Of a stretch of 64,000 nt of DNA, positions 12,076 through 23,942 are shown one piece after another. Where the stretch lies: assembly GCA_010015805.1 (NCBI GenBank), contig ML978143.1, positions 186,001-250,000 of the forward strand, in the 5' to 3' direction. Source of the DNA: Rhizodiscina lignyota. Taxonomy: Eukaryota. A program made the translations under genes and the position numbers. Position 1 is the first letter of the stretch. Every line of letters begins with the position of its first letter. The notes under the pieces were generated by a model. It searched no databases. It worked only from the letters and a program-made list of their open reading frames with translations, and had not been told where the DNA came from.

Positions 12076-13157
12076 TCAAGCTAATTGGCCCTTCTTATAT
12101 GGAAACGTCGCCGCAAAATGCTCCGCAATCTGTGTCCTCGTGGCAATCCATACACCCGGCTTCGCGGTGATATACTCGACAAACTTCTTCAGTGCCATCA
12201 ACCTGGCCGGCTTGCCCGTGCATCTGCAGTGCAGCGCGACCGTCATCATCTTCGGCATACCCGCCACACCCTCCTCATACAGCACATCGAACGCGCTTTT
12301 GATGTGATCATAAAAGTCGTTCGGCGCACTGAAGCCCTGGGCGACGTAGTACTTGAAGTCGTTGCAGTCGTAGCTGTAGGGTACCATAAGCATGCCCTTG
12401 GGGTTAGGGTCATCCTTCTCGGCGGGGACGTCCTGCCAGTAAGGCACGTCGTCGGCGTAGGAGTCCGAGTTCCAGACAAGCGGGACGCCCTTTTCCTTGT
12501 ATACATCCCACACGAGAGCGTGCGAGCGGGGGGAGAGGCGCCCATAGTACCAGCCCTTGGGGTAAGAGCCCGTGAGATTTTTGATTGAATCCATGCCCTT
12601 GCGGATGTACTCCTTCTCCTCCTCGGGGCCGACGGTGTGGTAGTCGATCCAGCGGTAGGCGTGCGAGGCGATGTCATGGCCGTTCTCAACTGAGGATTTG
12701 GCGACCTCGGGGTTGTCTTCTAGTGCTTTGCCTACTGCGTATCTATATCGCACTCGTTAGAAAACGCCGAAAGAAAGAAAGAGCTCGTGAAAGTTTCATA
12801 CAGCGTATATTTGATGTTGTACTTGTTAAACAGGCGAAATATGCGCCACACGCCCGCTCGCGAGCCATAATCGTACTCCGACTCTATGTTAATCGCACGC
12901 TCTTGAATGTATGGTTCGCCACCGGGCTTCTCCCACAGGCCAGTCTCGCTGTGCAGATCGCCGTTCAGCACGCAGTTCTCTGCGCCCTCCTCGTAGTTGA
13001 TGACGAATGAGACTGCGATTTTGGCGTTGTTCGGCCACTCTGGATTGTGTGATTTGGACCCGTAACCGATGAGGTTGCGAGGGAAGTCGTAGTGATCATC
13101 CCACTTCCATGGCTTCACCTTTAGGTCGTCTGACTTTGGGAGGTAGAGAGTCGTCAT
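12076..13157 (-). CDS. Polysaccharide-deacetylase-fold protein of the PuuE (metal-independent allantoinase)/S. pombe Cda1 type; exons 13157..12802, 12742..12076
   Basis: PRNLIGYG, WPNNAKIAVSFVINYEEG, ESEYDYGSRAGVWR, ASHAYRW, DSYADDVP, KMMTVALHCR; no signal peptide. Confidence 0.88.
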
Positions 13158-13439
13158 TTTGGAAGACTTGAGAAGGAGGTTTCACGGCAAGATACAGGTG
13201 ACAGCCAAGAATATGAGAGGTGCGAAAAGAACGCGAGACAGGACTGACGCTACATTAAAGTTATATGCTCATATGCAGGGCACTGATAACCATTATTCAA
13301 ACGCGTCCAAGAAGGATCGTCAGCACCCGTTTATCTCATGCTAGCCTCCCGAGTTAGCCGGCCTGATACCTTACTTCCACTTGAATGGCGGCCAATTCCC
13401 GCATTGGTGTGAGAAGAATTGGATGGAGGATGAGCGAAG

Positions 13440-13453
13440 TCGGCGTAGACCGA
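13440..13453. promoter_or_regulatory. UaY/Ppr1-type site TCGG-N6-CCGA, with flanking GATA sites
   Basis: TCGGcgtagaCCGA, 283 nt upstream of the PuuE-like ATG. GATA/TATC motifs near 13286, 13332, 13366 and 13464. Confidence 0.6.
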
Positions 13454-14381
13454 GGGCAAGAGAGATAGCGGACGCTCAGGTCCGCAGCTTGTCTAATTGA
13501 ACAGAGGGGTGTGAAGAGAACAGTCCGTGGAAGAGAGGACCTCGAGGGACTCAGGCTACATCGAGAAGCTTCTTCGAGAACCACAGTTATGTTCAAAATA
13601 TTGGGGCAGGGCTGATCACGGTTATGTATGGGGGAGGAGAGGAAGACGCGAAAACGCGTCGTTCCGCCGGAAGTCGGTACCCTATTTGGTTAGCTCAAAC
13701 GCTAACCACTTTAGGGAAATCGCCGAAGATGGGGGATATCGATATCTCTCCATGAACTACCTGACTAATGGCGAGCAGCTCTCGCACTTCAACGCAAGCG
13801 AGACTGTCTCTGAAAGCTTGATTTTATAGTCTTCGGAGTGCATGTCACAAGAACGCACCGTGGAAACATCGCCTACGAACAACGATCAGGCGACATGAAA
13901 TATTTGGCCACCGAGCAGATGTAGTAGCGTCTAACTATGACTAGCTCCTCCTATTCTATCGGAGTAAGAGTATGTCAGGCCTGAGTCTACCCCCCTTGAT
14001 ATAAAGATAATCCAGCTGCCGGGGAAGCTGTAGCGTCTAAGAGTGAGCAGCTTTTGTAATCTTACTTCAAGGTTAGCGAGACTACATCTGAAAGCTGTGC
14101 GAACTCTGCCTTGAGGGTCCCTTTCAGTCCATTAGCTTGTCTCCGCAGCTCTGCCTCTGCGGCCACTTTCAGTTCGTTGAGCTGTCTCTGCAACTGCGAG
14201 AAGACCCAACAAGCGTGGCTGAAGAGTGGCGAGAAGATTCGGAAGGCGTGTCTGAGCGTGTTGTAGTTCTTTATGTGAACGTTGAAAGGAGGGCGTCTAG
14301 GTGAATGGGAATGAACTCTCCCATGAATTCTGTCCTTAAAGCTTCATCAATTCATACAAGTTCCTTTTCGATGACCAGTCT

Positions 14382-15863
14382 CTACCTAGGATGGAACCAC
14401 ACTCCCACACCCTCAAGCTTAGAAAGAAACGCTGCAGGCGTAAACGCACTCTTATCCCATTCAACCTCAACGTCATACTTCGTGAATACGGTAGCAAGCA
14501 TCTTCAGCAGAATAAATTGAGCTAGATACTGCCCAGGACACGATCTCGACGGACCACCCCATATCAACAGCGCTCGTTGCATCGCCCTTACATGCTCCGC
14601 ATCGCCCACGAGCCATCGATCGGGATTGTACGTCTCTGCATCCGCGCCGTAGACGTCTGGATTGCGGTGTGCTACATAAGGACAGCATCCAACGGTCGTG
14701 CCCCCGGGGAGGTAGTATCCATCGACTGTGGTTCCGCGTCGAGGAACCTTGCGTCCCAATTGTACCCAGATGACTGGGATAATGCGCATTGCTTCTTTGA
14801 GGCATGCGTCGAAGTACGGTAGGACGGCGACTTCGCTGTATTTTGGCGGATCACTTAAATTCGCGCCGTCGAGCTCTGCGACCAAGCGAGCTTTAATATC
14901 CGGGTTTGTTCCAACGTTGGCAAAGAAAGAGAGCATCGAGACGAGGGTTGTGTCATGCCCCGCGCCCAGGTTTGTCAGAAGCATATTCTTCGACCACAGG
15001 AGTCTCCAATTCGGACGGCGGTGGTGTAGCAGAATCAAATCCTTCGCCATGTCATTTCGCGGATCGTCCTCGGGCGCCTTGTTCGCATCATCGATGCGCG
15101 CCTGCGCGTGAGCCCCTAGCCACTTGCTGAGATGGCTTTGATGCGGCGGCTTTATCAGGAATGCATAGCACACCAGCGGTCTCAGAGCTTTGAGTTTCTG
15201 GGAGATGTACGTGCCGATCTTGCTAAGCCCGATGACGCTGTAGTACTTCCATACCAGGTCATGCCCCCTGATAGCTCCGTGGTCATGGCCGTCTTTGATA
15301 TAGCCAGGACGGTCTGAGAATGAGACTTCTGCGAGCGCGTCGCACATGAAGGCGTGTAGTTTGATGTCTATGTCAAGCCCTTGTCCATTACCAGTACGCA
15401 GATTCTCCTCCAAGTCTACCAGCACCCTGTTCACGCTGTCCTCGTACTTTTGCACACTTGCTGTGGAGTAGACTGGGCCCACGATCCGTCGCTGCAGGCG
15501 GCGCTTTTCGTCGTTCATCTCTCCGAGGAAATCCAAACCGTCTGGTGTGTCATCAGAGCGAGTTATCCAGTACCAATCCGCCTTTACGAATCCGCTTCCC
15601 GCTCCGTAGACTGTCTTGAGTGACGATGCCGACCATACGCTCACTTCATTAGGGGATATGCGAACGACAGGCCCGTACCTCTTGTGTAGGTCAAGTGCAG
15701 CATGCTGGAAGTTCCCTCGGTGATATTTGTGGATGAGCCATAGTCTGGATATCCGTGCAAAGAATGGACCTGGAACGTTTGCCAGTGGGTGGAGGTAGAG
15801 GTTGTAGATGGCGTTTATCAACGGAAGAATGATAACTATAGCTGCTATCCAACCGACATCCAT
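14382..15863 (-). CDS. Cytochrome P450 (intronless, about 493 aa)
   Basis: N-terminal TM anchor, HPLANVPGP, YGPVVRISPNEV, I-helix AGHDTT, EAMR (ExxR), YNPDRW, heme loop WGGPSRSCPG. Confidence 0.93.
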   Translation of the reverse strand: MDVGWIAAIVIILPLINAIYNLYLHPLANVPGPFFARISRLWLIHKYHRGNFQHAALDLHKRYGPVVRISPNEVSVWSASSLKTVYGAGSGFVKADWYWITRSDDTPDGLDFLGEMNDEKRRLQRRIVGPVYSTASVQKYEDSVNRVLVDLEENLRTGNGQGLDIDIKLHAFMCDALAEVSFSDRPGYIKDGHDHGAIRGHDLVWKYYSVIGLSKIGTYISQKLKALRPLVCYAFLIKPPHQSHLSKWLGAHAQARIDDANKAPEDDPRNDMAKDLILLHHRRPNWRLLWSKNMLLTNLGAGHDTTLVSMLSFFANVGTNPDIKARLVAELDGANLSDPPKYSEVAVLPYFDACLKEAMRIIPVIWVQLGRKVPRRGTTVDGYYLPGGTTVGCCPYVAHRNPDVYGADAETYNPDRWLVGDAEHVRAMQRALLIWGGPSRSCPGQYLAQFILLKMLATVFTKYDVEVEWDKSAFTPAAFLSKLEGVGVWFHPR

Positions 15864-16501
15864 CTTGCTGGTTTCAAGGAGTTTGCTATGTTTCGAGAGC
15901 TCTTGGTGCAGTGTTGGCTGGATAGCGGACAAGCCGGAGTAATCAGCTCCCAGAAGCTTATGATAATGAAATTGCCTCAGTTGGTTCCGAGGTTACATGC
16001 CGTGAACACCCCAACCCCGTTCGGAATATTGATCTACTCATTCAGCGTTGCGAATGAAGTCGTCGAAAAAACAAGAACGAAAGATAAAATCCACTTTATT
16101 AGGAAGCATTGAAATGAAAGCTGCACTTGGATAGGTGATCAAGATCGGGACAATAATAAGTCAAAGCAGGTCGCCGCTCGTCTTACATTGCCACCAGTAT
16201 CACAGTGTCAGCAAGATATCCAAACCGAGCAGGTGTCACTGGTGACAGGACGTTGCATGGGCAGCATGGCGTATCACCGGTATGGTGAATGAGGGAATGG
16301 CTGCGAGAGGTTAGCGGTCAAGAGCGATGCACCAGCCGGGATTTTAAATACAACCGATCGTGTCCTGTATGGCTATACAATAGCTCTCAAAGCGGTAATT
16401 GGTGCATCCAAACAGGAAGGAGCGATGTCCTGATACAATACTAGACTCGGTCGAGAACTGTGGAGGAGCATGTGTGGTAAGAAAATTCAAGAGCATTCAT
16501 T

Positions 16502-16536
16502 TCCTTCGGAAATACATCCTTCGGAAATACATCCTT
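16502..16536. repeat. Exact 15-bp tandem duplication TCCTTCGGAAATACA x2.3
   Basis: Direct reading; lies in the divergent P450/amidase intergenic region. Confidence 0.85.
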
Positions 16537-16992
16537 GTGCGTGATGTCTACTCGCAAGATCGTAGCACTGCAGAAACCGATATTGTTCAGATGGATAAAG
16601 GGAACGGGTACCTCGTACAGTGCCTGAAGCGAGTCGTACTGTGATAAGAAAAAGGTCAGGAGTCGTCAAGCTGAAGCTGCTGGTAATGATCAGTCACCCA
16701 CACGATACGAGCAATGCTCGGTACTACCATGATAATGAAAGTATGCTGTGGAAATGAGATTAACGATATGGAAGAGGATGGTGGCCCTATGGGTCACTGT
16801 CTTGGACAGTGGGATATACCGTGTGAAGGCGCGTCGCTGCTTGTAAAAGGATCAGTCGGCCTCCCAGTTGGCTTTCCCCGAACCAACCTCGGGAGGTTCC
16901 CTTACGAGTACGACTCCGCATCTCTGCAGCTTCCTAAATCCTAAGGCTCAACATGTCATGCGTATCGCTCGCAATTGCTTCCATTCTTCACA

Positions 16993-18847
16993 ATGGAGCC
17001 CGCATACATATCGATCGCCCGCCGTAAGCAAGAGGAGCAGCGTAGTAAGATTCCCAAGGAATGGCTGCTGCCAGACCGTTTCCTGCCAACCCCGAGCACG
17101 AAGAATGTTCTTGATGTGATACCGCGGAGCGGACTCTTGACGGATCAGGAGAGGAGGATCACCGAGGATTATGATGCCACTGCCCTGCTTGAGGCGCTGA
17201 AGACTGGAAAGTTGAAGAGTGTGGATGTAACGAGGGCGTTTTGTAAGGTAGGATATGCCCCTCTGCTCGCGATAAGAGAAATGGAGACGCAGAGCTGACA
17301 CGCCTTCTCGAACAGAGAGCAGCAATTGCGCATCAATTGGTAACAGGAACCCTATGCCTCCTCTCAATTCAACTCTAACCATTCACCTAGACAAACTGCC
17401 TCACAGAAATCAACTTCGCCGCCGCCCTCTCCCGCGCCGCTTCCCTCGATGCACACCTCGCGCGCCATGGCAGCCCCACCGGACCCCTTCACGGCCTACC
17501 CATGTCCATCAAGGACAGCTTCCAGATTCCTGGACTCGATGCAACCGTTGGCCTCACCGCGCTGGCTTTCAAGCCATCCACCATCGCCTCCGACCTGACC
17601 GCGCTCCTCCTCGATGCCGGTGCTGTGATCCACTGTAAAACGAACATCCCTCAAACCCTCTCCGCGCTAGACTCGCACAACTACACCTTCGGGCGCGTGC
17701 TAAACCCCTACAACAGGCTTGTCACTGCGGGCGGAAGCTCCGGCGGCGAAGGCGCCTTAATCGGCCTACGAGGTAGTCCGCTCGGTGTAGGGACGGACGT
17801 CGGCGGGAGCATCCGCGTGCCTGCGATGTGCAATGGGATCTACGGGATCAAGCCGAGCTGCGGGCGTGTGCCGTACGGTGCGCAGCAGGACGGGCGGCCA
17901 GAGGCCAATGGACGGATGGGGATTCAGGCGTGCGCGGGGCCGTTGGCGGGCAGTTTGAGGGACTGTGAGACGTTTTTGAAGGCAATTGGTGAGATGAAGC
18001 CGTGGGAGAGGAGTCAGGATGTGTTGTATGGGTCTTGGGAAGAGCAGGGAAGATGTTCGCGGAAGATGCGGATTGGGGTTGTGAGGAGGGATGGGCTGAT
18101 TGAGCCGCTGCCGCCGGTGCAGAAGTTGATTGATGAGGTGGCTCAGGCTATGGGGAAGAGCGGGAGTATTGAGGTCGTGGAAATGGATATTAGCGAGGTA
18201 TTCTCGAAGGCACAGTCACTCTCCAATGCCCTGCTGGGCATTGAGGGCGGGAATTCGGTGTTCGATCTTATCGAATCAACTGGGGAACCGCTCAGTCCGT
18301 GGCTGCAGACAAGGATGAAGAGGAAAGCTTCTTCTACTTTGGAGCAGGCGAGAGTGTTGCAGGCCAGGAGGCTACAGCTGGAGAATAAGTTCCTCCAGAT
18401 CTGGAAGGACGCGCAGGGCGACATTGACTCGTTCATATGTCCGATTGCACCGCATCCCGTGCCGCCCATCGATCGGTGGAACGGAGTGAGCTATACCATA
18501 ACGTTTAACTTGATCGATCTGCCGGCTGGGGTGAGCTGCTGTTCTTTCACTTCCTCTTTCCACTAGCTGACGTCGTTCTCCAGGTAATACCCATACGCAC
18601 ATTCACGAGCGAAGACATGCGTGATGGCAAGTTCGCATTGCCTCCGGGAAAGCCCATAGGTTCATGGGATGCAAGGAATCGAGAGCTGTGGACAGACGTG
18701 GACAAGTCTGTGTATCTTGACACGCCAATGTGCATTCAAGTCGTAGCGCCGAAGCTGCAGGAGAAGCGGCTCTATGAGGCGATGCAGGCCATTGACGAGG
18801 CTGTAAAGCCGCTGCGCAAGACGTCTGGGCTAAAAGCGAATCTCTAA
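16993..18847 (+). CDS. Amidase-signature family enzyme (acetamidase/general amidase-like); exons 16993..17247, 17316..17339, 17391..18530, 18584..18847
   Basis: HGLPMSIKD, KTNIPQT, AGGSSGGEG, GTDVGGSIRVPA; three canonical introns keep the frame. Confidence 0.92.
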
Positions 18848-19765
18848 GAGAATGTGTGGCAGTAAATATGAGGTTATACCGAACCGCTCCATATAAGTTT
18901 GAGGATCTGCTGTGGTTGTACCCATTCCACAGCCGATCTATGTCGTAAGATATCGTAGTACGATGCATTACGTTAATGCACAGGATGGTAGATCAGTCGC
19001 TGCTGGACGCCACGATAGTGGCACCTGCAGTCGTTTCCGATTTAGAATTTCGATACGGAGTACTCCGTATCAGCCTTGCCTTTGAGCCTTGCCATACAGC
19101 CTTAGCCTTACTAGGACGTTGGAGTCTATATCTACAACTTACTCGAATTTGATGTGACAAACTCTTTGTCGTCTTCTGCCCGTTCCTACGATGAATGAAA
19201 CTAGGACGATGCCATGAATCGAGTCGAACTTCCGAAAAATCAACCTTAATCGTCGCAAGATACAAAGAGAGTTGAAAGCTCACAAAACTTTCCAGATATC
19301 GAAAATCCAACTGATATAGAAGGCAAAATTGGGGAGCGGCGCCGAGCTTTCCCTCCATTTGAGCTCACTTACTAAGCCTGTTCGGAAGATGGAAATTCCC
19401 TTTGTTGGTCTCCTGACAAAGCTGGGGAAGACTTATCACATTATCTCGTTGGGGCGGAGTGGGGCAAGATCAAACTTGGTTCATATATGGTGGAGACAGA
19501 CGGCATGGGATTTCATTTGTTCATGGCTGTAAACACCTCAGTTAGTCACATCAGGAGAGACTGTCAAGCTGAATTGAACCGATTTTCATTCCATCGTTTA
19601 TCATAGGTGTGAGCTGTGTCCTGCACCAAGCCACCGACTCCCAAGAGTGCATCCATGCCTTTTCTCTACCCGCTGCTTTTTCTTTTTGGTATCCCTCGCC
19701 AGACTCCAAATCCAGATTGTGATTCCACAATACCGTCATCATCAACCCCAGCTATACATGCTAGC

Positions 19766-21770
19766 TTAGCAGACAGCATGCGTCTTGCCATGCTTCCCCT
19801 GCAAGCTATGATCATCCTGGTCCTTATACGCCGCATTCGGGCCGCCCAGGACGCTCAGCTTGCGCCACTTGTTCGCTGCCTGCTGCACCATATGCTGGCG
19901 ATGGTCCTCGATCTTCCTCTCATCCATCTTATCCAGAGTCTCAAGCGCAAACTTGAAATCCTGGAGGAGGGCGTCGCAACGCGACTTGCTGAAGTCTTCG
20001 CGCACCACAACGCGCATCATCTTTAGGTTCTCGCTGTGCGGCGCCATGGTGTACGCGGGCACGACCCAGCCGCGCTCACGCAGCTGATGCGCGACGGCGA
20101 ACTCGTCGTACTTGGCACCCTTGCGGGGGTCGAGGCGGACGGCCACAAGCGGGAGGCCAGCACCGCTGAGCTTGGACATGATGATGAAGCCAAGCTCGGA
20201 GAGGTTCATGGCAAGGTAGTCGGCGGTGCGGGTGAGGTTGCTGTATTGCGCACGTGATCAGTCAGGGATCGCTTCCACATCATTATGCAAGCAAGTTGGG
20301 GTGATTAGGAAGCCTCCACACTAGCGGGACCTGCAGGAACCCTGCTTGGACAGGTAAGCAGAACTGAGCACTTACCACATAATCTTCCTGTAGCCACGCT
20401 TGCCCAGGCGAATGAGCTGGTAGTACTGGCCGATGATCTGGCTGGCGCCTCGTGAAAAGTTGAGCGTGAACGAGGCCTGGTCGGCGCCAAGGTAGTTGAT
20501 ATTGAAGATAAGCTCCTTGGGCAGGAACTCCGGGTCGCGCCAGATGACCCAGCCGACACCAGGGTACACGAGCCCGTACTTGTGTCCGGACACGTTGATG
20601 CTGACGACCTTGGGCAGGCGGAAATCCCACACGATGTCGGGCTTGGTGAAGGGAGCGACGAAACCACCGGATGCGGCGTCGACTAAATCATTATGATTAG
20701 ATTTCATTTTGATTTGAGCATTGGAGGAAATGAGCTCACCATGGATGCCGCAGTCAATGTCCTTCTCGACGAGGAGATCGTTGATCGCCTTAACATCCTC
20801 GTACTCTCCAGTGTACGTTGTGCCGAGAATAGCACAGATACCAATGGTGTTCTCATCCACGAGGTCGACTGCCTCCTCTGGGTCAATGACATAGCGGTCT
20901 GCTGTGCAGTAGACATATCTCTCCTCCACGTCAAAATATCTGGCCGCCTTCTCCCAGCACACCTGTACGGCGGAGTTCATGACGATGTTGGGTTTGTCGG
21001 TGGACTTGCCCTCCGCCTTGCGCTTATTCTGCCAGAGCTTCTTCATCGCAAGGACGGCCAACATGATGGCCTCGGAGGAGCCGATGGTGGAGGTTCCCAT
21101 GGCATTGGTCTTCTCGTCGTGCGCGGGGATGTTGAAGAGGCGAGCGATCATGGACACGCAGCGGTTCTGGATGTCGGCGGAGACGGGGTATTCCTCGTAG
21201 TCTGTTTGTACCGTGTCAATTAGCTTAAAATACGTTGGTTTTGATTTACAAATTGCTCTTACCGATGAAGTTCTTAGCGAAACCATCGACCATGAGCTTC
21301 TCGGCTTCCTCTTCCTGTGGGGTTGTAAGCCGATGAAAGGCACTCTCAGTTCACGACGCAAAATTACCATGTACGTCGTAACGAAAGATGCCAAGCTAAC
21401 ATTGTCGTCAGTACGTCATCTCCACTCATAATTGCCGTGTTTCCTTACTTGAGAGTTGGGTTTCCGTCAAGAGTGAGATCATCCCTTGGTGCCGGTACGT
21501 TAGCAGAAAATTTTCGACAAGCTCATTGCATGCCACTCACTTGATCATTCTGTACACAACCTCTCTGGGCATCTCCTTCTCGGGCATCTCGATCTTTGGA
21601 AGGTCTTGAGCGGCATACTTGGAGCCGTAGACGGAGATGACGGCTGGGTCCTCGTCTTCGAGGTCCTCGTCAGGAAAGATGGACGGGACACGCTCGAACT
21701 TGAATTTCTTCAGGCCGTCGACGACGGGGTCAACCTGAGCATCAGTTGGAATGCTAGCGAGGTGGACCAT
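19766..21770 (-). CDS. GAD1: Glutamate decarboxylase (about 7 exons)
   Basis: [60 protein letters not shown] (PLP lysine), [11 protein letters not shown]. Confidence 0.95.
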
Positions 21771-22706
21771 GTTGTGCTAAGCTTGCTGTGGTGGAAAGAA
21801 GATTTGTGTTGTGAGAGTAAGGGGTCAGAACAAGCAAGTGGAGGGGTAGATGTGGGACGTGCGAGCTTCTTGTAGAGCTCCAGAAGATGTGGATGGGGTG
21901 TCGTGCGATCAAAAGCAAAGGGTGGAAGTTCTGATGGCGGGACGTAGCGAGGCTTAAGAGGCAGAGGGTGCGCGAATTGGAGGAGGGAGAGTGGGAGCGT
22001 GGCGATGGGAATTACGGTGACGACGAGCTGTGGATGAGCTGTGCTCGCTGAGCGGGCAGGGATTGGAGCAAGCTTCACGCCTAAAACATGCAAGCATCAC
22101 CCACATCCCGGGCCATGATGCGGCAGGAGGCCTCGGCCAATCAGCAGCCGTACCAGTCCGATTTAAGTGGCATACCAAGCTTTTCCTTCCCGCCTTCCGA
22201 GCCGGTTAGGGTTCTGTGGTGGCTCTTGGATGTCTTGGGTGAAGCTTCGCTTCCATGTGCCACCGTCGGCCGCATAGGGAGCAGTCTGCAGCCACTCTCG
22301 TTCAGCTGGAGGAGAGAGAATCGCGTCGTTCCTTCAGGTCAATGGTACGAAGACTGTTGCATTAGCCGTAAATGCTCCGCTTCCAGCGTGAGAGACGATG
22401 GGCCTAAAGGGGTTGGAATTGAGCGTTGTGTGCATAGTTCACGGCGGTGAATATATGAGTTACAAATGGCTACAAGAGGCAAGGCCAAGAGCTGCTAGGG
22501 CAAATCGTCCTCACAGCCAAATGAGCTCCTGTTGTTGGTAAACAAACGCTCCGCGGACCCGATTTCCAAAGCGTTGTTGTTGTTGTGTTGCTCCAGCCTA
22601 CGACGTCACCGCGTCTGGCGTATATACAACACCTCTTCTATTTTCTTTCCCTTCCATCTTACTCCACCTTTCTCCTTCAATCAAACACAATTCAAGGCCC
22701 GAGCTC

Positions 22707-23942
22707 ATGGCGGGTCTCCTCTCGCTCCCAGACGAGCTCCTCCTCCAGATTAATGAAGATATCAAACAGCTTCATGGAGTGCACGTTGCACCTCCCACAC
22801 CTCCTATCGAGAACTTTGTTAACTGGTCGGCAGATATACCGGTCGAATCTGCCAACCTACAGAAGTATGCACGAGACCTCATCCACCTTAGCAACGCTTG
22901 CCAAAAGTTGCGTCACGTCTTCCATCCTCTTGCATGGGAATACTTCAGTCCACCCGCCGTTAAGAAACACAATCGCAAACAGTATCTGACGACGCACCCG
23001 AATCAAGGCCTCATCAAAAACATCACGTATATGGAGCTCGAGAATGGGGAGTGTTTCGAGCTTGCGGCATGTCACACTCTCACTCTCTATATCGCCTCAT
23101 CAACCTTTCCTGGCGCTATGGAGGCCGGCCTCATGGATGGAAAGTCTTCTGTAGAGCATCTCCGCATCATCGGCGGCGACTTCGAGCCCTACGAACTGCA
23201 CCTAATTACTTGGGTGCCGCGGGCACTCAAAAGCCTCTTCATCAACTTCGCGGACCCGGCATTCAGGCACGAGTTAATTCCTTACATATTGAAGAAGCAG
23301 CGCCACACGCTCAACACCATCATAATGACGCTGAATAGCTGGATGCCGCTACCGCTGCTCAGCACCTTGGACTTTGGCTCCTTCACGGCACTGAGGAAGT
23401 TATGTCTATGTGAAAGGCACCTCTTGCGACCGGACGAGACATACGGCCCGATCTTGGATGTTCCCCTCCCGCTGTCTTTGGAAGAGCTTGGTGTTCACTT
23501 CAGCTTCGAGCTACACCGGTTTGCCTTCTGGGCTACAGATGTGTTATTCGATATGGAGCCAGGTGATTCGCGTCGGGAGTTTGAGGTGGTGCACACCGAT
23601 GTGTCGTTCTAGTGGGTGGGAGGATGGCCGACGTGGCTCCGAGAGCTGGTGCTCCGCAAGAACGAGGGGCGTGTGCTGAAGCTGAAGGAGGTGGCCATCA
23701 GAGAGAACGCTTGGGATGAGGAATGGTTGGGGGAGATTCGGGAGCTTGTAGGGGTGATGGCAAGGAGGAGGGCACTCTGTCCGTTCAGCCCTGCGGACGT
23801 GGTGCTAGAGGCACCTAGGGAGATCAAAGATGCGTTCGAAGGTGCCGATATTGCGCTGATGGTGACTGTCAACACGGCAACGCGGCCGCCGATACCCGCA
23901 CTTGAGGAGGATGAAGGTGATGAGAGCGGGATTGAGGAGTAG
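22707..23942 (+). pseudogene. F-box/LRR-like protein with a single in-frame TAG at 23610-23612
   Basis: N-terminal LLSLPDELLLQI F-box-like motif and LRR-like segments. ORFs 22707..23612 and 23616..23942 are in the same frame. Confidence 0.65.

Noticed and set aside
13860..14300. Minus-strand coiled-coil-like fragment (QLQRQLNELKVAAEAELRRQ..)
   Set aside because: No start codon, interrupted by stops, no recognisable family; cannot be supported as a gene or TE.
12076..21770. Secondary-metabolite gene cluster (P450, amidase, decarboxylase)
   Set aside because: No PKS, NRPS, terpene or DMATS backbone gene in the window; GAD is a primary-metabolism enzyme.
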